64,000 nucleotides of DNA from Dimorphilus gyrociliatus. Lineage: Eukaryota; Animalia; Annelida. Position 1 is the stretch's first letter. Each line of letters begins with the position of its first letter. The notes below the pieces were generated by a model. That model ran no database searches. It worked only from the letters and a program-made list of their open reading frames with translations, and was not told where the DNA came from. Both the position numbers and the translations under genes were made by a program. Shown piece by piece: positions 39,144 through 50,790 of the stretch. The stretch covers positions 2,328,588 to 2,392,587 of the forward strand of contig CAJFCJ010000005.1 in assembly GCA_904063045.1 (NCBI GenBank), in the 5' to 3' direction.

Positions 39144-40430
39144 ATGGAAAATGAAACTGTATCAAATGAAGTTGAAATTACTACAATCGGCAGTTTTATA
39201 ATCAGTAAACCGTCCAATCTGCGCAAGAGAGATTTTGATTTGTCAAGTGTTTTAAAGAAGCATGGTCTTGATAAATCCTTTGTTTTAAATATTAAGAACA
39301 AAACTGAGTCTAACTATATAGAACTTCTTACTGCCAGTAAACGAGAACTGGAGAAACTCGATGACTTTGTTGCTAATTTAATGAATGGTATTAAAAAGCA
39401 TGAATATAACACTGAGAAAAAGATAGCTAGGTTCTATCATAATAAAAGACTAAAGTTAATTAGATTATTAAACGAAGTGAAGCATATAAACGAGTTTTCA
39501 AGAAGATGTAAGAATAAAGCGTTTCAAGAAGAACTATCCAAAATGGCGGACAAAATTAAATATTCCATTAAGTATACTTGCTCGAAGCATTTAACGTATG
39601 AAAAGAACGAAGTGAATGATCTAGATATTGGTTGTGTATCTCTTCCTGATTTTGAGTCGCCATTAAAAAGTTATGAGATTTGTACAAATGATGAATTAAC
39701 ATCAATTATTTCAAGTTCAAGAGGGTTCTATGGCCTTTTTGCAACAGGAGAAATCCTATGCGTGAATAGTAATGATTTAATTTGTTCAAAAGAAAATTCT
39801 GTTGCAAATATTCTTGTTACAAGCGATGAACAACTATGCTACGTAGTAAAGGATGGAAATACGTCTGTAACGCTAACGATTCTATCAAGTCACTATCATA
39901 TATTCGAAAGCTTTACTATCTATTCAGATACGAGACCTTGTACTTTTTCACAATTTGGCGTGTTTAAAGATGTGATATTCTTAACAACGAAGAACCAAGT
40001 AAGATGCTACGAGAAAAACGATATGGTTCATTGGGTTGAATGGAGTCTACTTGATTCCAAGCCCGTTGTACTAGAAACAAAAGATTGTAATGCTTATGTT
40101 GCTTCCGAAGATTACGTCATGATTATTAATTCAATCGACAAGACGACTACAACTCTTACTAGTAAAAGATGCGTTGAAAATATTTCTATTGCAAGAGATA
40201 TTGTTGGAAAAATTAACGATGATTGCGTAATATTGATAATGGAACAGATTATTCACGTGGTCGATCCAGTTAGAGAAACAGATAAAACGTACCATATGGA
40301 GACACTTTTTCCGGGTGAACAACTTAGAACGTATCGTATTCTTGGGAAGCAAGTTATTTTTTGTCTAACTAGTAAGACCGATCGAATGAAGCTAAGCTTT
40401 AGACATTACCCTCTTAATCCCAACGATTAA
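39144..40430 (+). CDS. Cluster family member 2: RING-less, coiled coil plus C-terminal domain
   Basis: 428 aa ORF without coding introns; motifs DIGCVSLPDFESP, RGFYG, ISIARDIV and VIFCL. Confidence 0.85.
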   Translation: MENETVSNEVEITTIGSFIISKPSNLRKRDFDLSSVLKKHGLDKSFVLNIKNKTESNYIELLTASKRELEKLDDFVANLMNGIKKHEYNTEKKIARFYHNKRLKLIRLLNEVKHINEFSRRCKNKAFQEELSKMADKIKYSIKYTCSKHLTYEKNEVNDLDIGCVSLPDFESPLKSYEICTNDELTSIISSSRGFYGLFATGEILCVNSNDLICSKENSVANILVTSDEQLCYVVKDGNTSVTLTILSSHYHIFESFTIYSDTRPCTFSQFGVFKDVIFLTTKNQVRCYEKNDMVHWVEWSLLDSKPVVLETKDCNAYVASEDYVMIINSIDKTTTTLTSKRCVENISIARDIVGKINDDCVILIMEQIIHVVDPVRETDKTYHMETLFPGEQLRTYRILGKQVIFCLTSKTDRMKLSFRHYPLNPND

Positions 40431-41409
40431 TGCGCTGAAGATGATTGATTTCTTAATAATATATTTTTTAGATCATGAGACATTTCACCTGAAAGAGTTG
40501 AAGATGAAAAAATTCAACTTATTCATGATTATTAACTTGATTATTGTGCTGATAACATATATGTATGTATGTTTGTATGTATGTATATTTGTTTGTTAGT
40601 TTAAGGTTAAAGGTTTTGTTTGAATGAAAGTATGGAAATATTTGGTTGATGATTGTAGCTTTTGTAATATATTAAACAGAAATAAACATTTGAAATGAAT
40701 ATATTTCTCTGTATTCTTTGAATTTAAAAGACACTTACGACTGAAATGATTGGACAATAAACTTGAAACAATTAGTCTAATCCCTTGCTGTAGATAGGCC
40801 TTTGTTAGTTATGAGATAATGATATGAAATGATACATTTATTGTTCTTCTAATTTTAAGTGCTTAACACGAAATTACTAAACATATAAATAGTATGATCG
40901 TATGACTTGACTATAAATAACAAAGTCAAAAAGCCCAATACGAAATTAGGTTAAAGAAAATAATAAAAACCCCGTGTTTAGAATCGATAGAAAAGTAAAC
41001 TTTCTTATCTATTCTCCCTACTCAATTATTTGTTTTTAAAAAAAGCTTTCTTTGTACTTTTTCAACAAATGTAAAAAAGAGATGAACCAACAAAACACTA
41101 AATAAAAGACCTAAAAATATAGAATATAAACAATATGTTGTTCAATACTGCTCAGAATTGAGATGTTGGTGTTATTCATTACTTTCGCGAATAATGTTAA
41201 AAAGAAGGACTATTTAAGAAAAAAGTGTGCTATATGTATAAAGTAACATTAATGTAGAGTAGGTGTTACAGCATATATCTAAGAGTTTAGTATTAGGCTT
41301 TAAAGTCAATTAATTCGTTAAGATAATATAGAGTTGAAAGAAAAAAGATAAATGTATTGAAAGTATTTGAAACATGAAATATTGAAATTGATTAGATCGT
41401 TATTATTAT

Positions 41410-42699
41410 TCATTCAGAGCAAATGCAACGGCGGAAATATCTTCGAAACTTGAAAAGTTTTTCATTTGTCGATGTACCAAGGCAAAAGATTACTTCTTCT
41501 TCAGTCATTCTATAGGAGACAAGATATTCTTCTCCAAAAATCGTTTGAGTTTCGTAAACTTCAGCCGAATTCTCTGATGGATCGACGATAAAGATAAAGC
41601 ATTTGGTCGATAATAGAAATTTGCCCTTATTTAGTTCATTAATTAGATTTCTCACAACGGATATCTGACGTTTTCCAATATAGCAGGTAATGTAGGCTTT
41701 TCTATCATCAGAAGTTGCGCTAATGTAGGAACCAACTTCGGTAGTTTCGTACAAAACATTATCAATGATTTTTGAATCCTCCGGAATTTTAGCAGGTTGA
41801 CATTTAGATAATAATCTTGTCCTGTTACTCTTCATCGACAGTTTATATTCAGTGTCGTACAACACCAAATCATCCTTTAGAATATGAAAGTAGGGTAGAT
41901 AATTGGTATAGGTTTTGTTTAATTGGTCAATTAGAGTTAGTTCTTTAAAGCAGTGAGTACTATTAGAGTAAATAAATACTGCAGGAATAGCCGAAACAGA
42001 ATGAGCTATAAACGCCAATTTTCCATCGTAAGTTATTGATATATCTCCAATAGCAAAAGTATTACTCAGAACAATTTGTTTCTTTTCAATATCTATAATT
42101 GATAGTCTCGATTCGCTTGTACAGTAAAATCCATCATCATTCGCTACAATCTTTTTGGGAACAAACTCTAAATCGACAATCTGTTCACCAATAGGATTTT
42201 CAAAAGGTGGAATAATCATTTTACCAATTTCAACGCCTTTAACCGGTTCACATTTTTCATAATAGGCTTTCATTTTCAAAATATTACCAATACAATAAAT
42301 CAGTTTTTCAGCCATTTTTTTAATATCATTCTGAAGATTCTTATTAGTTGTTCTATCGTAATATTCTTTAAGCATTTTCATTTCTTTTACCAGTTTATTC
42401 AACGTAGATAATTTTTCATCGAAAACATTTTCAAGATCCATACGTAAGTTTGTAAATTCCCTACAAACATGAGTTTGAATATTAAATACCTCATCTTTCA
42501 AATTATTAATTTGATTGTATTTATCATTCGTAATATCAATTTTCGCTTTTTCCATATTATCATCTAATATCTTTACAAAATCGTTTGTAAAGAAACCGTT
42601 AAATATTTCCATATTAAATCCATTAGACTCTCCAGAATTTACAACAGTATTCGTAGATTGTTGAGGAGTTTGTTCGTTCATAGATTCAATAGTTTCCAT
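41410..42699 (-). CDS. Cluster family member 3: RING-less
   Basis: First ATG at 42699; motifs EIGKMIIPPFENP, DGFYC, DISITYDGKLAF and VIFCL. Confidence 0.85.
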   Translation of the reverse strand: METIESMNEQTPQQSTNTVVNSGESNGFNMEIFNGFFTNDFVKILDDNMEKAKIDITNDKYNQINNLKDEVFNIQTHVCREFTNLRMDLENVFDEKLSTLNKLVKEMKMLKEYYDRTTNKNLQNDIKKMAEKLIYCIGNILKMKAYYEKCEPVKGVEIGKMIIPPFENPIGEQIVDLEFVPKKIVANDDGFYCTSESRLSIIDIEKKQIVLSNTFAIGDISITYDGKLAFIAHSVSAIPAVFIYSNSTHCFKELTLIDQLNKTYTNYLPYFHILKDDLVLYDTEYKLSMKSNRTRLLSKCQPAKIPEDSKIIDNVLYETTEVGSYISATSDDRKAYITCYIGKRQISVVRNLINELNKGKFLLSTKCFIFIVDPSENSAEVYETQTIFGEEYLVSYRMTEEEVIFCLGTSTNEKLFKFRRYFRRCICSE

Positions 42700-43095
42700 C
42701 TTTTCGTTTGAAAATATTCGCCAAATGTATTCGACCAAATTTCAAAAAGAACTGTAATTAGACGATGGAAAGACGCGGCTATTTATTGAGAAAATTGAGT
42801 TGATCAGTTTTTAACTAGACGAGTAGTTATAAGCGTTTTTTATTATTAGTTAAGTACAGTAATATTTAATGAATGTTTTCTCTATTAGTGCAAAGTACTT
42901 AACTTTTTACCAGTAACCTTTTTTTTGTTGTCTTTTTTATCTCATTAATATTCATAGACAATTAAAAATTATTAATAATGACAAGGTAATATTCATTTCA
43001 AAAAAAGAAATAGAAAATATCTCGTTCATAAGTTTTTCATTTGAATGTTAATTTAAAAAATCCTCCTTTAAAGGAATAGTTGTAGAAGGGAGAAT

Positions 43096-43530
43096 ATGAA
43101 ATCATTTGTTATCTTTATCCTTATCTATTACGCTTTTCTTTCTTTGGGGGAAGAAACAATAATTATGGGTAATAATGTCACATATATAAGCTCTAATCGG
43201 ATTAGAACTCTATTGCCTTTAAACGAGAGTACTTCCACGAGTCACTCGGTAGCACCTTCCATAGGAAAGAGAAGGAAATTAATGACATTCTCTGAAAGGT
43301 TCGCCAAGCTAATGGAAGGTGTGAGACGGCCAAGAAAGAGTTATACTCCTGTTCTTGCCGGTTCTATAAGCGTTTTTGTAGCCGTTCTATTAGGTATTGT
43401 TATTTTTGTATTGGTAAAAAAACGGAGAAGATCTACTAGTACAACAGATGATAATTGCACAAGAGATGTTACTCAAACATTATCTATATCATCCGATTCA
43501 AACGAAACAATAAACGATACCAGTACATAG
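43096..43530 (+). CDS. Small orphan type-I membrane protein, 144 aa
   Basis: Signal-peptide-like MKSFVIFILIYYAFLSLG, sequons NVT and NES, TM segment PVLAGSISVFVAVLLGIVIFVLV followed by KKRRRS, and an S/T-rich tail. Confidence 0.7.
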   Translation: MKSFVIFILIYYAFLSLGEETIIMGNNVTYISSNRIRTLLPLNESTSTSHSVAPSIGKRRKLMTFSERFAKLMEGVRRPRKSYTPVLAGSISVFVAVLLGIVIFVLVKKRRRSTSTTDDNCTRDVTQTLSISSDSNETINDTST

Positions 43531-43612
43531 TTTATTAATTTATCTGTTTGTTTGTTTGTTTGTTTTCATTTATATGTTTTTTATTATTATACATAAATTG
43601 TTTGTATTCATA

Positions 43613-44434
43613 TTAAAATGAAGAGAATTCTTTAAATTTTTGAAATTTTGAACATATTTCACACCAATTATTATTATTATTTCTTAATGATCTAAACAGT
43701 TGGCAGACGACGGCACCGTAACGTCCTTTATTATTCTTAGCAATTAGGACATTCTGAGTACAAATTTGAACGCCATTCAACCTATGAAAGTCATCTTGAA
43801 TAGTTTTAAATAGTTTTTTTGTTAGGTTAATTTTTGTTGAGTCGTTTTGTAAGTCTGAAAGTTTACAAACAGCTGGAATATATTCTGTAACAATTGCTAT
43901 TTGTCTAAAAGTGGGAGATACTAAAGGAACAATTAACAATCCGTAGAATTTAGTAATAATCTCCGATTCATAAGAATGTATAGCTAATAGTGAGGCGTCT
44001 TCCAACACATGTCTAACCTCTCTATGATGAGCCTTAATAAATTTAATAGCAACTGGTTTATCATTAAAACTTGCTAGAAACACTTGATAAAAGGCTCCAT
44101 TACCGATACAAATTGCCGAATTATCATTATTAGAAAGTACTAAATTAATATCAGAATTTATTAAGATATTGAATTTATCATTAAATTCTGGTAGATAATT
44201 ATTAATTAACTGTTCAATACTACTTATAGCTTCATTTTTAATATAATCAGGTAGTTTTATATTTGGAACATTTAGTTCATTTTCCATGTGTAGCTTATTT
44301 AAATTTATTACACAATTATCACTTTTAACATTATAATTGGAATATTTCAATTGTTTATATAGATAAGAAATTGCTATTAATCCAGTAATAGTTATAATAG
44401 TAAATTGATCTAAGTCATTTAAATAGCTATTCAT
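43613..44434 (-). CDS. Truncated protein-kinase-like (pseudokinase) protein with an N-terminal hydrophobic anchor, 273 aa
   Basis: Contains IGNGAFYQVF, VAIK, AIVTEYIP and NVLI. There is no catalytic HRD Asp, DFG is replaced by QLF, and the ORF ends about 25 aa later. Confidence 0.7.
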   Translation of the reverse strand: MNSYLNDLDQFTIITITGLIAISYLYKQLKYSNYNVKSDNCVINLNKLHMENELNVPNIKLPDYIKNEAISSIEQLINNYLPEFNDKFNILINSDINLVLSNNDNSAICIGNGAFYQVFLASFNDKPVAIKFIKAHHREVRHVLEDASLLAIHSYESEIITKFYGLLIVPLVSPTFRQIAIVTEYIPAVCKLSDLQNDSTKINLTKKLFKTIQDDFHRLNGVQICTQNVLIAKNNKGRYGAVVCQLFRSLRNNNNNWCEICSKFQKFKEFSSF

Positions 44435-44485
44435 ACTGTAAAATATTAATAAATAAACAAATCAACAAATAAACAAATGTTTAAT

Positions 44486-46504
44486 TTAAAAAATCGTCAT
44501 TTTCTTCTTATTATTTCTCTTTTCTTTGTGAGCATTTATTGTTTTATTTGATTGTTCTAATCTTCTTTTATAATCTTGAGTTTCCTTTAATTTTTCAATC
44601 ATATGTTTATAGACTCTTGTATCTTTTCCTTCGTTTCTTTTTATAGAATTCTCTAATCTATCTATTTCTTTATTTACAACTCTTAACTCTTGTTCAGTTT
44701 TGAACATCTGTCAAAAGAGAATAAAAGAAAAAAACGTATTTGAAATTAATTGAGTAACTGTTTTTTTAAAAAAAAAATAATTACTTGAACATTTAATGAT
44801 TTATCATTTCTCTGCTCTAGATCTTTTTCACTAATTTCTCTTCTGGTTTTATGAGCGGACGGAAGTGTCGTAGTTTTATCTAATTAAAAATTAATATTAG
44901 AATAATATTTACAACTTAGAATAAGAAAAGACATTACCTTTTTTATGTTTAGTACTTAATTTCTTATTAAGAAATTTAAAAACGTCCTTTTGAAGGGGAT
45001 TTTTCTTTTTTATTCGTGTATTAGTAGTATCGACGTTACCTAATTTCCTTTCTTTCATATTCATTATTCTATCTAGAGATTTACCTAGAAAATAGCATAG
45101 TTCAATTATACTTATTATTATTTTTTAACAATAATATAACCTGGTGGTAATACAACTATTGGAACAGGTTCAGATCTTCCTTTATTACTCTTTCCTAATC
45201 CTTCGCCTACTACGTAACCCATTTTAAGCATTAACTTTGAACCGATACCCTTTAATTTATAATATATTGTATTAGTAAGTATTATTAATTTTATACTCTT
45301 ACTAACCTTTGTATATTTTTCCCAATAGCCTATTTGAGAGTTGTCTACATTCTCCTCCTTAATTGTACGTGTTGGACACCACGTTTCGTTACCTTCGTTA
45401 TCTGAATTTTCACTTTCTTCTTCAAAGTCTTAAATAAGAATTACAATGTATATATAATGAAAGAATTATCAACACAAAAAATATTCAATATAACCATGAT
45501 GAAGAGGAAAAATTTGCTGTCTTTCCAATCTTCTTACAACTTTAGGATGTTCTTGATCGAACGTTATTGATATTGAACTATCTTCGTGTAAATCAACAAC
45601 TGTTGCAAGATACCACAATTCATCTGTGGTATCAATTGCAAGACATTTTGATTCTATAGAAACAAAACTAAAAGAAAATCAATAGAACACAAATGATTGC
45701 TATCATGATAATTATTTACTCAAAATCTGGCTCTTCGTATACGTTCAATTCGTTTACTTTAACAGAATAACCATGATTGAATCTATGTATCGTAGGCAAA
45801 GTTTAGATTAATATATAGTTTGTTTAAAATGTCATTAATTTCTTTACCTGCACTTATCTTCTTCTTCGTATCTACATTTATTATTCATAAAATGTGGACA
45901 TGTTCGCATTTTAGGATATTTTGGTGTACAGAATATAACGATAACTTTTGGATCATCTAAATCTGCTGATTCGTCTACGTGCATTATTATTGCATTTGCG
46001 TACTCTAAAGCTCCCCATGATGATCTGAAAGGTGCCTTACACTTTGTACCAGATATATCATTATCTTCATCCGTTTCATCTTTCTTTTTTGGACTGGATG
46101 TCTCTCCCTCATCAACATATAAAGACATTAATTGCTTCTTTTTCAGTGATAATAGACTTTCTATTTAAATATAAAATATTGGTTCAAAATTCAAAGTTAA
46201 TTTCAATTGCAAAACCAAACCTTCAGTTATTTTAACTAATTCTTTTAAGTTTGTTTGCAATTCATTTAGATCCTCATTCTCTTCAGTAGACACCTCGATT
46301 GCCTGATTAACTTGATCGAGCTAGTTTATACAACATATTATCGCTCAGAGAATTTTACTTATTAGATAATAAATACACAGTTAATTTAAATTTTTAAAAA
46401 GAAATGAAATAGAAAGGAAACTGATTTAAGCTTTCAGTAATAATTTTTACCTGTGATTTATATGTTTGTAAACTTGCTTCAGTTTCAATTATTTCGGAAT
46501 CCAT
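44486..46504 (-). CDS. ZGPAT: Zinc finger CCCH-type with G-patch domain protein, multi-exon
   Basis: Starts MDSEIIETEASLQTYKSQ. Has GTKCKAPF..WGALEYANAII, CCCH finger CPHFMNNKCRYEEEDKC, G-patch GIGSKLMLKMGYVVGEGLGK and C-terminus KKMTIF. Confidence 0.9.
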
Positions 46505-47029
46505 AGTTAATAGTAAATATAAATTTGAAACAGTTTCGTTAAGCAAAAACCGGAACCGGAAACTAGCACAATAACGAGTGAATAAAAAGTGGGATTAGAC
46601 AATTTGAAAGATTTGTTAAACTACTCCACGTAGCTTTTCATTTGAAAGGAGTAATTCTAAAACTATAATTAAATTAGTATATTTAAAAGAGAAAGTAAAG
46701 ATAAAAAAATTCAAAGACAATTAGAGATTTATTTTTAAATATACATATACTGTAGATGTAGAAATGGGTTGTTAATAATAGTCATTTAGTTTAAAGACAA
46801 AAAAAAAATAATTAAAGCACTAACATTTATATTATTGATAGATGAAACAACAAGGTCATTTAGAGGTAAAAAAAAAAAAACAACACAGACAAACGCATAT
46901 AATTCTAGTTTTTTGTCTGAAAGTCAAAGGTCGATATATTTTATTGTTGTTGTTCTACAAGACTATATTAAGCATCGCATAAATATTAGATAAAAAAGAA
47001 GAGAACACACCATATAATATTTAAATTAT

Positions 47030-48250
47030 TCATGTAAGATAATACTCTAGAGGAAAATGCTTTAAAGTGACCTTTTCTTGATCTTTAGGATTAATTAGAC
47101 AAAATATAATTTCATTTTCCGTTTTCATATAATTTAATAATCGTTGATCTCGAAAGAATTTATCCATTTGAAAACATTTTCCATTCTTCTCTTTTGAATT
47201 GATAACAAATATATAATATTGATTTATTAAGAGGAAATAATGATCACTTTTCAATTTATCAATAATATTTGATCCAATTGAGAAATTATCATATTCTTCC
47301 TGAATCTGAATAATTTCAAGTTGATCTTCAATTATATTAAACCATATAACATTTTTATTATTATCGGCGGCAAAAAATGTATTCTTATCAATTTTTACGT
47401 CAGTAAAATCAAGTATTCTATTTTCGTAAATTGATAATTTAGAAGAAATTTTACTTGTTAATTTCGAATAGAATATAATCTCTTGATTAGTTTTAATGGC
47501 GATAAAATCTTGAAGAATGAAAAAATGATCGTATATAGGCTTCTCATCTTTAATAGCAATCTTAACAGATTCATACTTTGTATTCGAACCTTCACCAATG
47601 TAAATTTTTATACGATTCTTTCGAGGTGTTTCCATGAAAGCCATTCTTCCGTTATAAGTAATAGATACATTAGTAATAGCACCCTTCCATAGGGATAATT
47701 TATTAAAGTTGTTTATATTAATAATCTGACCGTTATAATCAAATGAAAAGAATCCATCTTCATTAGCTAAAATCTTTTTTGGCCTTTCGTCTAAAAGTAT
47801 TGAATAATCTTTAAATGGTTTTTCAAAACACGGAACTACAATTGAACCAATTTCAAAATTTTCTAATGAATTCGACTTCTCGTATATCGCTCTCTTTGAT
47901 ATAAAATTTTCTAATGAATATTTTACCATATCCATCATATTTGTTACGTCATTTTGAAACATTTTACTACAAGTTTTAGATTGAACATCCTTAAACATTT
48001 TCGTTTCTTTCAATACTCTCCTTATCGTTAGTCTCTTCTCTTCGTAGAAATCCTCTAATTTATCACGAAGAATACCTTGTTTTCTATTGAAAATTTTCAT
48101 AAACTTACAAGTTTCTTCATCTAATTTATTCAATTCGCAATGTTTCTGCTTTTCAATTTTTTCCATCTCTTCAAATATTTTCTTTTCAAAATCTTGAAAG
48201 CATATTTCACTCTGGACTTTTATATCAGTTTTCTCTTCTTTTTCCGCCAT
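47030..48250 (-). CDS. Cluster family member 4: RING-less
   Basis: Probable ATG at 48250 (MAEKEE); motifs EIGSIVVPCFEKP, DGFFS, NVSITYNGRMAF and IIFCL. Confidence 0.85.
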   Translation of the reverse strand: MAEKEEKTDIKVQSEICFQDFEKKIFEEMEKIEKQKHCELNKLDEETCKFMKIFNRKQGILRDKLEDFYEEKRLTIRRVLKETKMFKDVQSKTCSKMFQNDVTNMMDMVKYSLENFISKRAIYEKSNSLENFEIGSIVVPCFEKPFKDYSILLDERPKKILANEDGFFSFDYNGQIININNFNKLSLWKGAITNVSITYNGRMAFMETPRKNRIKIYIGEGSNTKYESVKIAIKDEKPIYDHFFILQDFIAIKTNQEIIFYSKLTSKISSKLSIYENRILDFTDVKIDKNTFFAADNNKNVIWFNIIEDQLEIIQIQEEYDNFSIGSNIIDKLKSDHYFLLINQYYIFVINSKEKNGKCFQMDKFFRDQRLLNYMKTENEIIFCLINPKDQEKVTLKHFPLEYYLT

Positions 48251-48653
48251 TTTATAAACGAAAGAGTAAAGATATTCAGTTGAAGATAATCTTACTCTTT
48301 TAAGGATGTAACTATATATATATATATATATATCTATAGATACACGTATATATTCGTTTTGGCCTGACAAGAACCTCATATTCTACAATATGCAATTACA
48401 TCTCTATACTATAATAACAAATATATGTGTCTATTCAATATTGTCGCAACCTTAACAATAGTAGAATAATAAGATATTAAGTCAAATGTTTTCTTTAAAT
48501 ATTACGTAATTGTATTAAAATAATTAATAATTCTGTAAAGTTTATTGCAGAGGATGCTCCCTCTAAATGACATAGTTTAAAAAGAAAAGTATTAATAAAG
48601 TAATGATAAAAGGAATTAAAAGCGTAAAGTTGTTGTTTCTTTCTTTTTGCAGT

Positions 48654-49886
48654 TTACATTGAATAATCAATAAAATCAAGTCTAAAATGTTTAAATGTAA
48701 AAATTCTATTGGATTGAAGAGAACTATAGCAAAAGATTACTTTTTGATTAGTAATTCGATAATCTAGTAGATTTTCATTACGGAATATTCTATTAGTTTG
48801 ATAGGACGAAGCTGATTTTTTAATAGGATCAATAACGTACAAGTCAGTTGGATTTGATAGGAGAAATTGTCCATTTTTAATTTTTTCAACAATAGCTCTT
48901 CGAAGGTTGAAGTTTTCAGATTTCATATTAATGATAACATCCTCTCTTATTAACGAATCGAGTTTAATTGTAATAATCCTGTCTTGAAGAGAAATGAACA
49001 TAGAATCTCCAAAGATTCTATGATTATAGAATCTTGTATCATTTAGTTCCAATTTTCTTAATTGTTTTCCATTTGAAAGGCTAACGAATGTTATTAAATT
49101 CGATTCGTAAAGTATAAATTCCCTTTCTAGAACGTCGTAGGAGAAACGCTTTTTATCGGTTGGAATAGCTATTGTATGAGTAATATGATTACAATCCGAA
49201 AGGATGTAGAGGGTAAGTCTACCCGAACGAGAATTAGCGATAAATGATAATTTTCCATTATAAGTTATACATATATCCTTAATTAAATGCGATGTTCTAT
49301 AGAACGTTTTCATAGTTAGATCAAAGATGTTACCCATTTGAGATAATCCAAAGAATGTTATTGAATTTGAAATGATTTTTTTCATATTAATATTTAATGT
49401 ATAACATTCCTCATCGTCTGGATTGTTTAATATTGGAAAACAAATATTTCCAATTTGGAAATTATCCACCAAATTATCAATTTTCTCAAAAATAGCCTTA
49501 TTTTTAATGCAAAATTTTAAAGATTTCTCAAGTTTTTCGTGTAGTTCATTAATTGTTATATCGTTTATTATATTTGTTTGATTCTCTTCATATTCTTCTA
49601 AAGTAGTTATTTCATCTAAAAACATATTTAATAACGATTTTTTATTGGTGTAGAATTTCTCTATTTCATCTTTTAAACTGTTCTCTTTACCTTGTAGTTT
49701 CTCTATTAAATTCATCTTTTCATTATTAATTTTAGACAATTCAGTTTGTTTTACAATATCTATCGTTTGTAACGTTTCTATAGCCATTTGTCTAAGAATC
49801 GTATAGCTTTCGAGTTTTGGTAAATCCCTATAATTGATTAATTGCCTTACATTCATTTCTATTAAATTTTCATGTATTTCCGCCAT
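48654..49886 (-). CDS. Cluster family member 5: RING-less
   Basis: 410 aa; motifs QIGNICFP, DICITYNGKLSF, GQFLLSN and VIFCY. Confidence 0.85.
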   Translation of the reverse strand: MAEIHENLIEMNVRQLINYRDLPKLESYTILRQMAIETLQTIDIVKQTELSKINNEKMNLIEKLQGKENSLKDEIEKFYTNKKSLLNMFLDEITTLEEYEENQTNIINDITINELHEKLEKSLKFCIKNKAIFEKIDNLVDNFQIGNICFPILNNPDDEECYTLNINMKKIISNSITFFGLSQMGNIFDLTMKTFYRTSHLIKDICITYNGKLSFIANSRSGRLTLYILSDCNHITHTIAIPTDKKRFSYDVLEREFILYESNLITFVSLSNGKQLRKLELNDTRFYNHRIFGDSMFISLQDRIITIKLDSLIREDVIINMKSENFNLRRAIVEKIKNGQFLLSNPTDLYVIDPIKKSASSYQTNRIFRNENLLDYRITNQKVIFCYSSLQSNRIFTFKHFRLDFIDYSM

Positions 49887-50085
49887 GTTTTTTTGATGAA
49901 GAATATGAATTATGTTTTTTTCAATTCTATTTTTCAGAAAATATTGTAAACGTTCTCTTCGAAAAGACTTGAAAGTATTAAAATTGAGTACTTTTTTAAT
50001 ACTCTAGACAGAGTTGTATTATATATCCAGGTTAAAGAAACTTCACTTTGTGGCTGGTCTGGCTACCAACAATTTTGAAATAGAT

Positions 50086-50790
50086 ATGGCAGGAAACCGT
50101 CAACAGCGTTCTGACGCTGGCCCTAGAAATTCAAAGAAACGAAAATCTAGAGCTAACGAATTGAAATCTGGAAATGACGGACCTCCTCCTACAAAAATCT
50201 ATTTTCAGGAGTCCGCTCAGAAGTCAAACAAATACCAAAACGTTGCAGCAGCAGCCACATCACCTATGGTCCAACCGCAAATAGCAACAGAAGGAGACGA
50301 TGATTTAAATAATTTCACTGATGTATTCTTTGACGAAGAATTAGATGAAAAGTTAATTGAACTGGAGAAAGAGAAGGAAAAGGAGTTGAAAGAAATTGAT
50401 AATACTTATCGGGAAGTTAAAGATTTACTCTTTAAGAAAAGTGAATTACTACAAGAGAATCTTAAATATCTAAACGAAGAGAAGAAGAGGAGAATGCAAA
50501 ATCTATTGGATGAAACTTATAACCATTTCAGCCAACGCTACAACATCCGCGAAACAACTTTACACGAATTGGCCGAAAATGAAGAACCAGTTGATCTTCA
50601 AGTTGCTAAGAATCTTATTGTGAAAATGTCTTATTCGGAAAAAGATGGCGTAAAAGAAGTTGAAATTGAACAAGTTACATTACCAGATTGTCTTATGGCT
50701 ACTCCTAGAGCTTCACAATCCAATTCGTCAAAAGCTACAACAACCCGACGTCCCAAGCAATCATCATCAACACCAATCAGTAAAAAGTAA
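50086..50790 (+). CDS. Cluster family member 6: coiled coil only, with basic NLS-like N-terminus
   Basis: MAGNRQQR...SKKRKSR, then the family coil ELDEKLIELEKEKEKELKEID...EEKKRRMQNLLDE. No C-terminal domain. The 3' end may be spliced. Confidence 0.65.
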   Translation: MAGNRQQRSDAGPRNSKKRKSRANELKSGNDGPPPTKIYFQESAQKSNKYQNVAAAATSPMVQPQIATEGDDDLNNFTDVFFDEELDEKLIELEKEKEKELKEIDNTYREVKDLLFKKSELLQENLKYLNEEKKRRMQNLLDETYNHFSQRYNIRETTLHELAENEEPVDLQVAKNLIVKMSYSEKDGVKEVEIEQVTLPDCLMATPRASQSNSSKATTTRRPKQSSSTPISKK

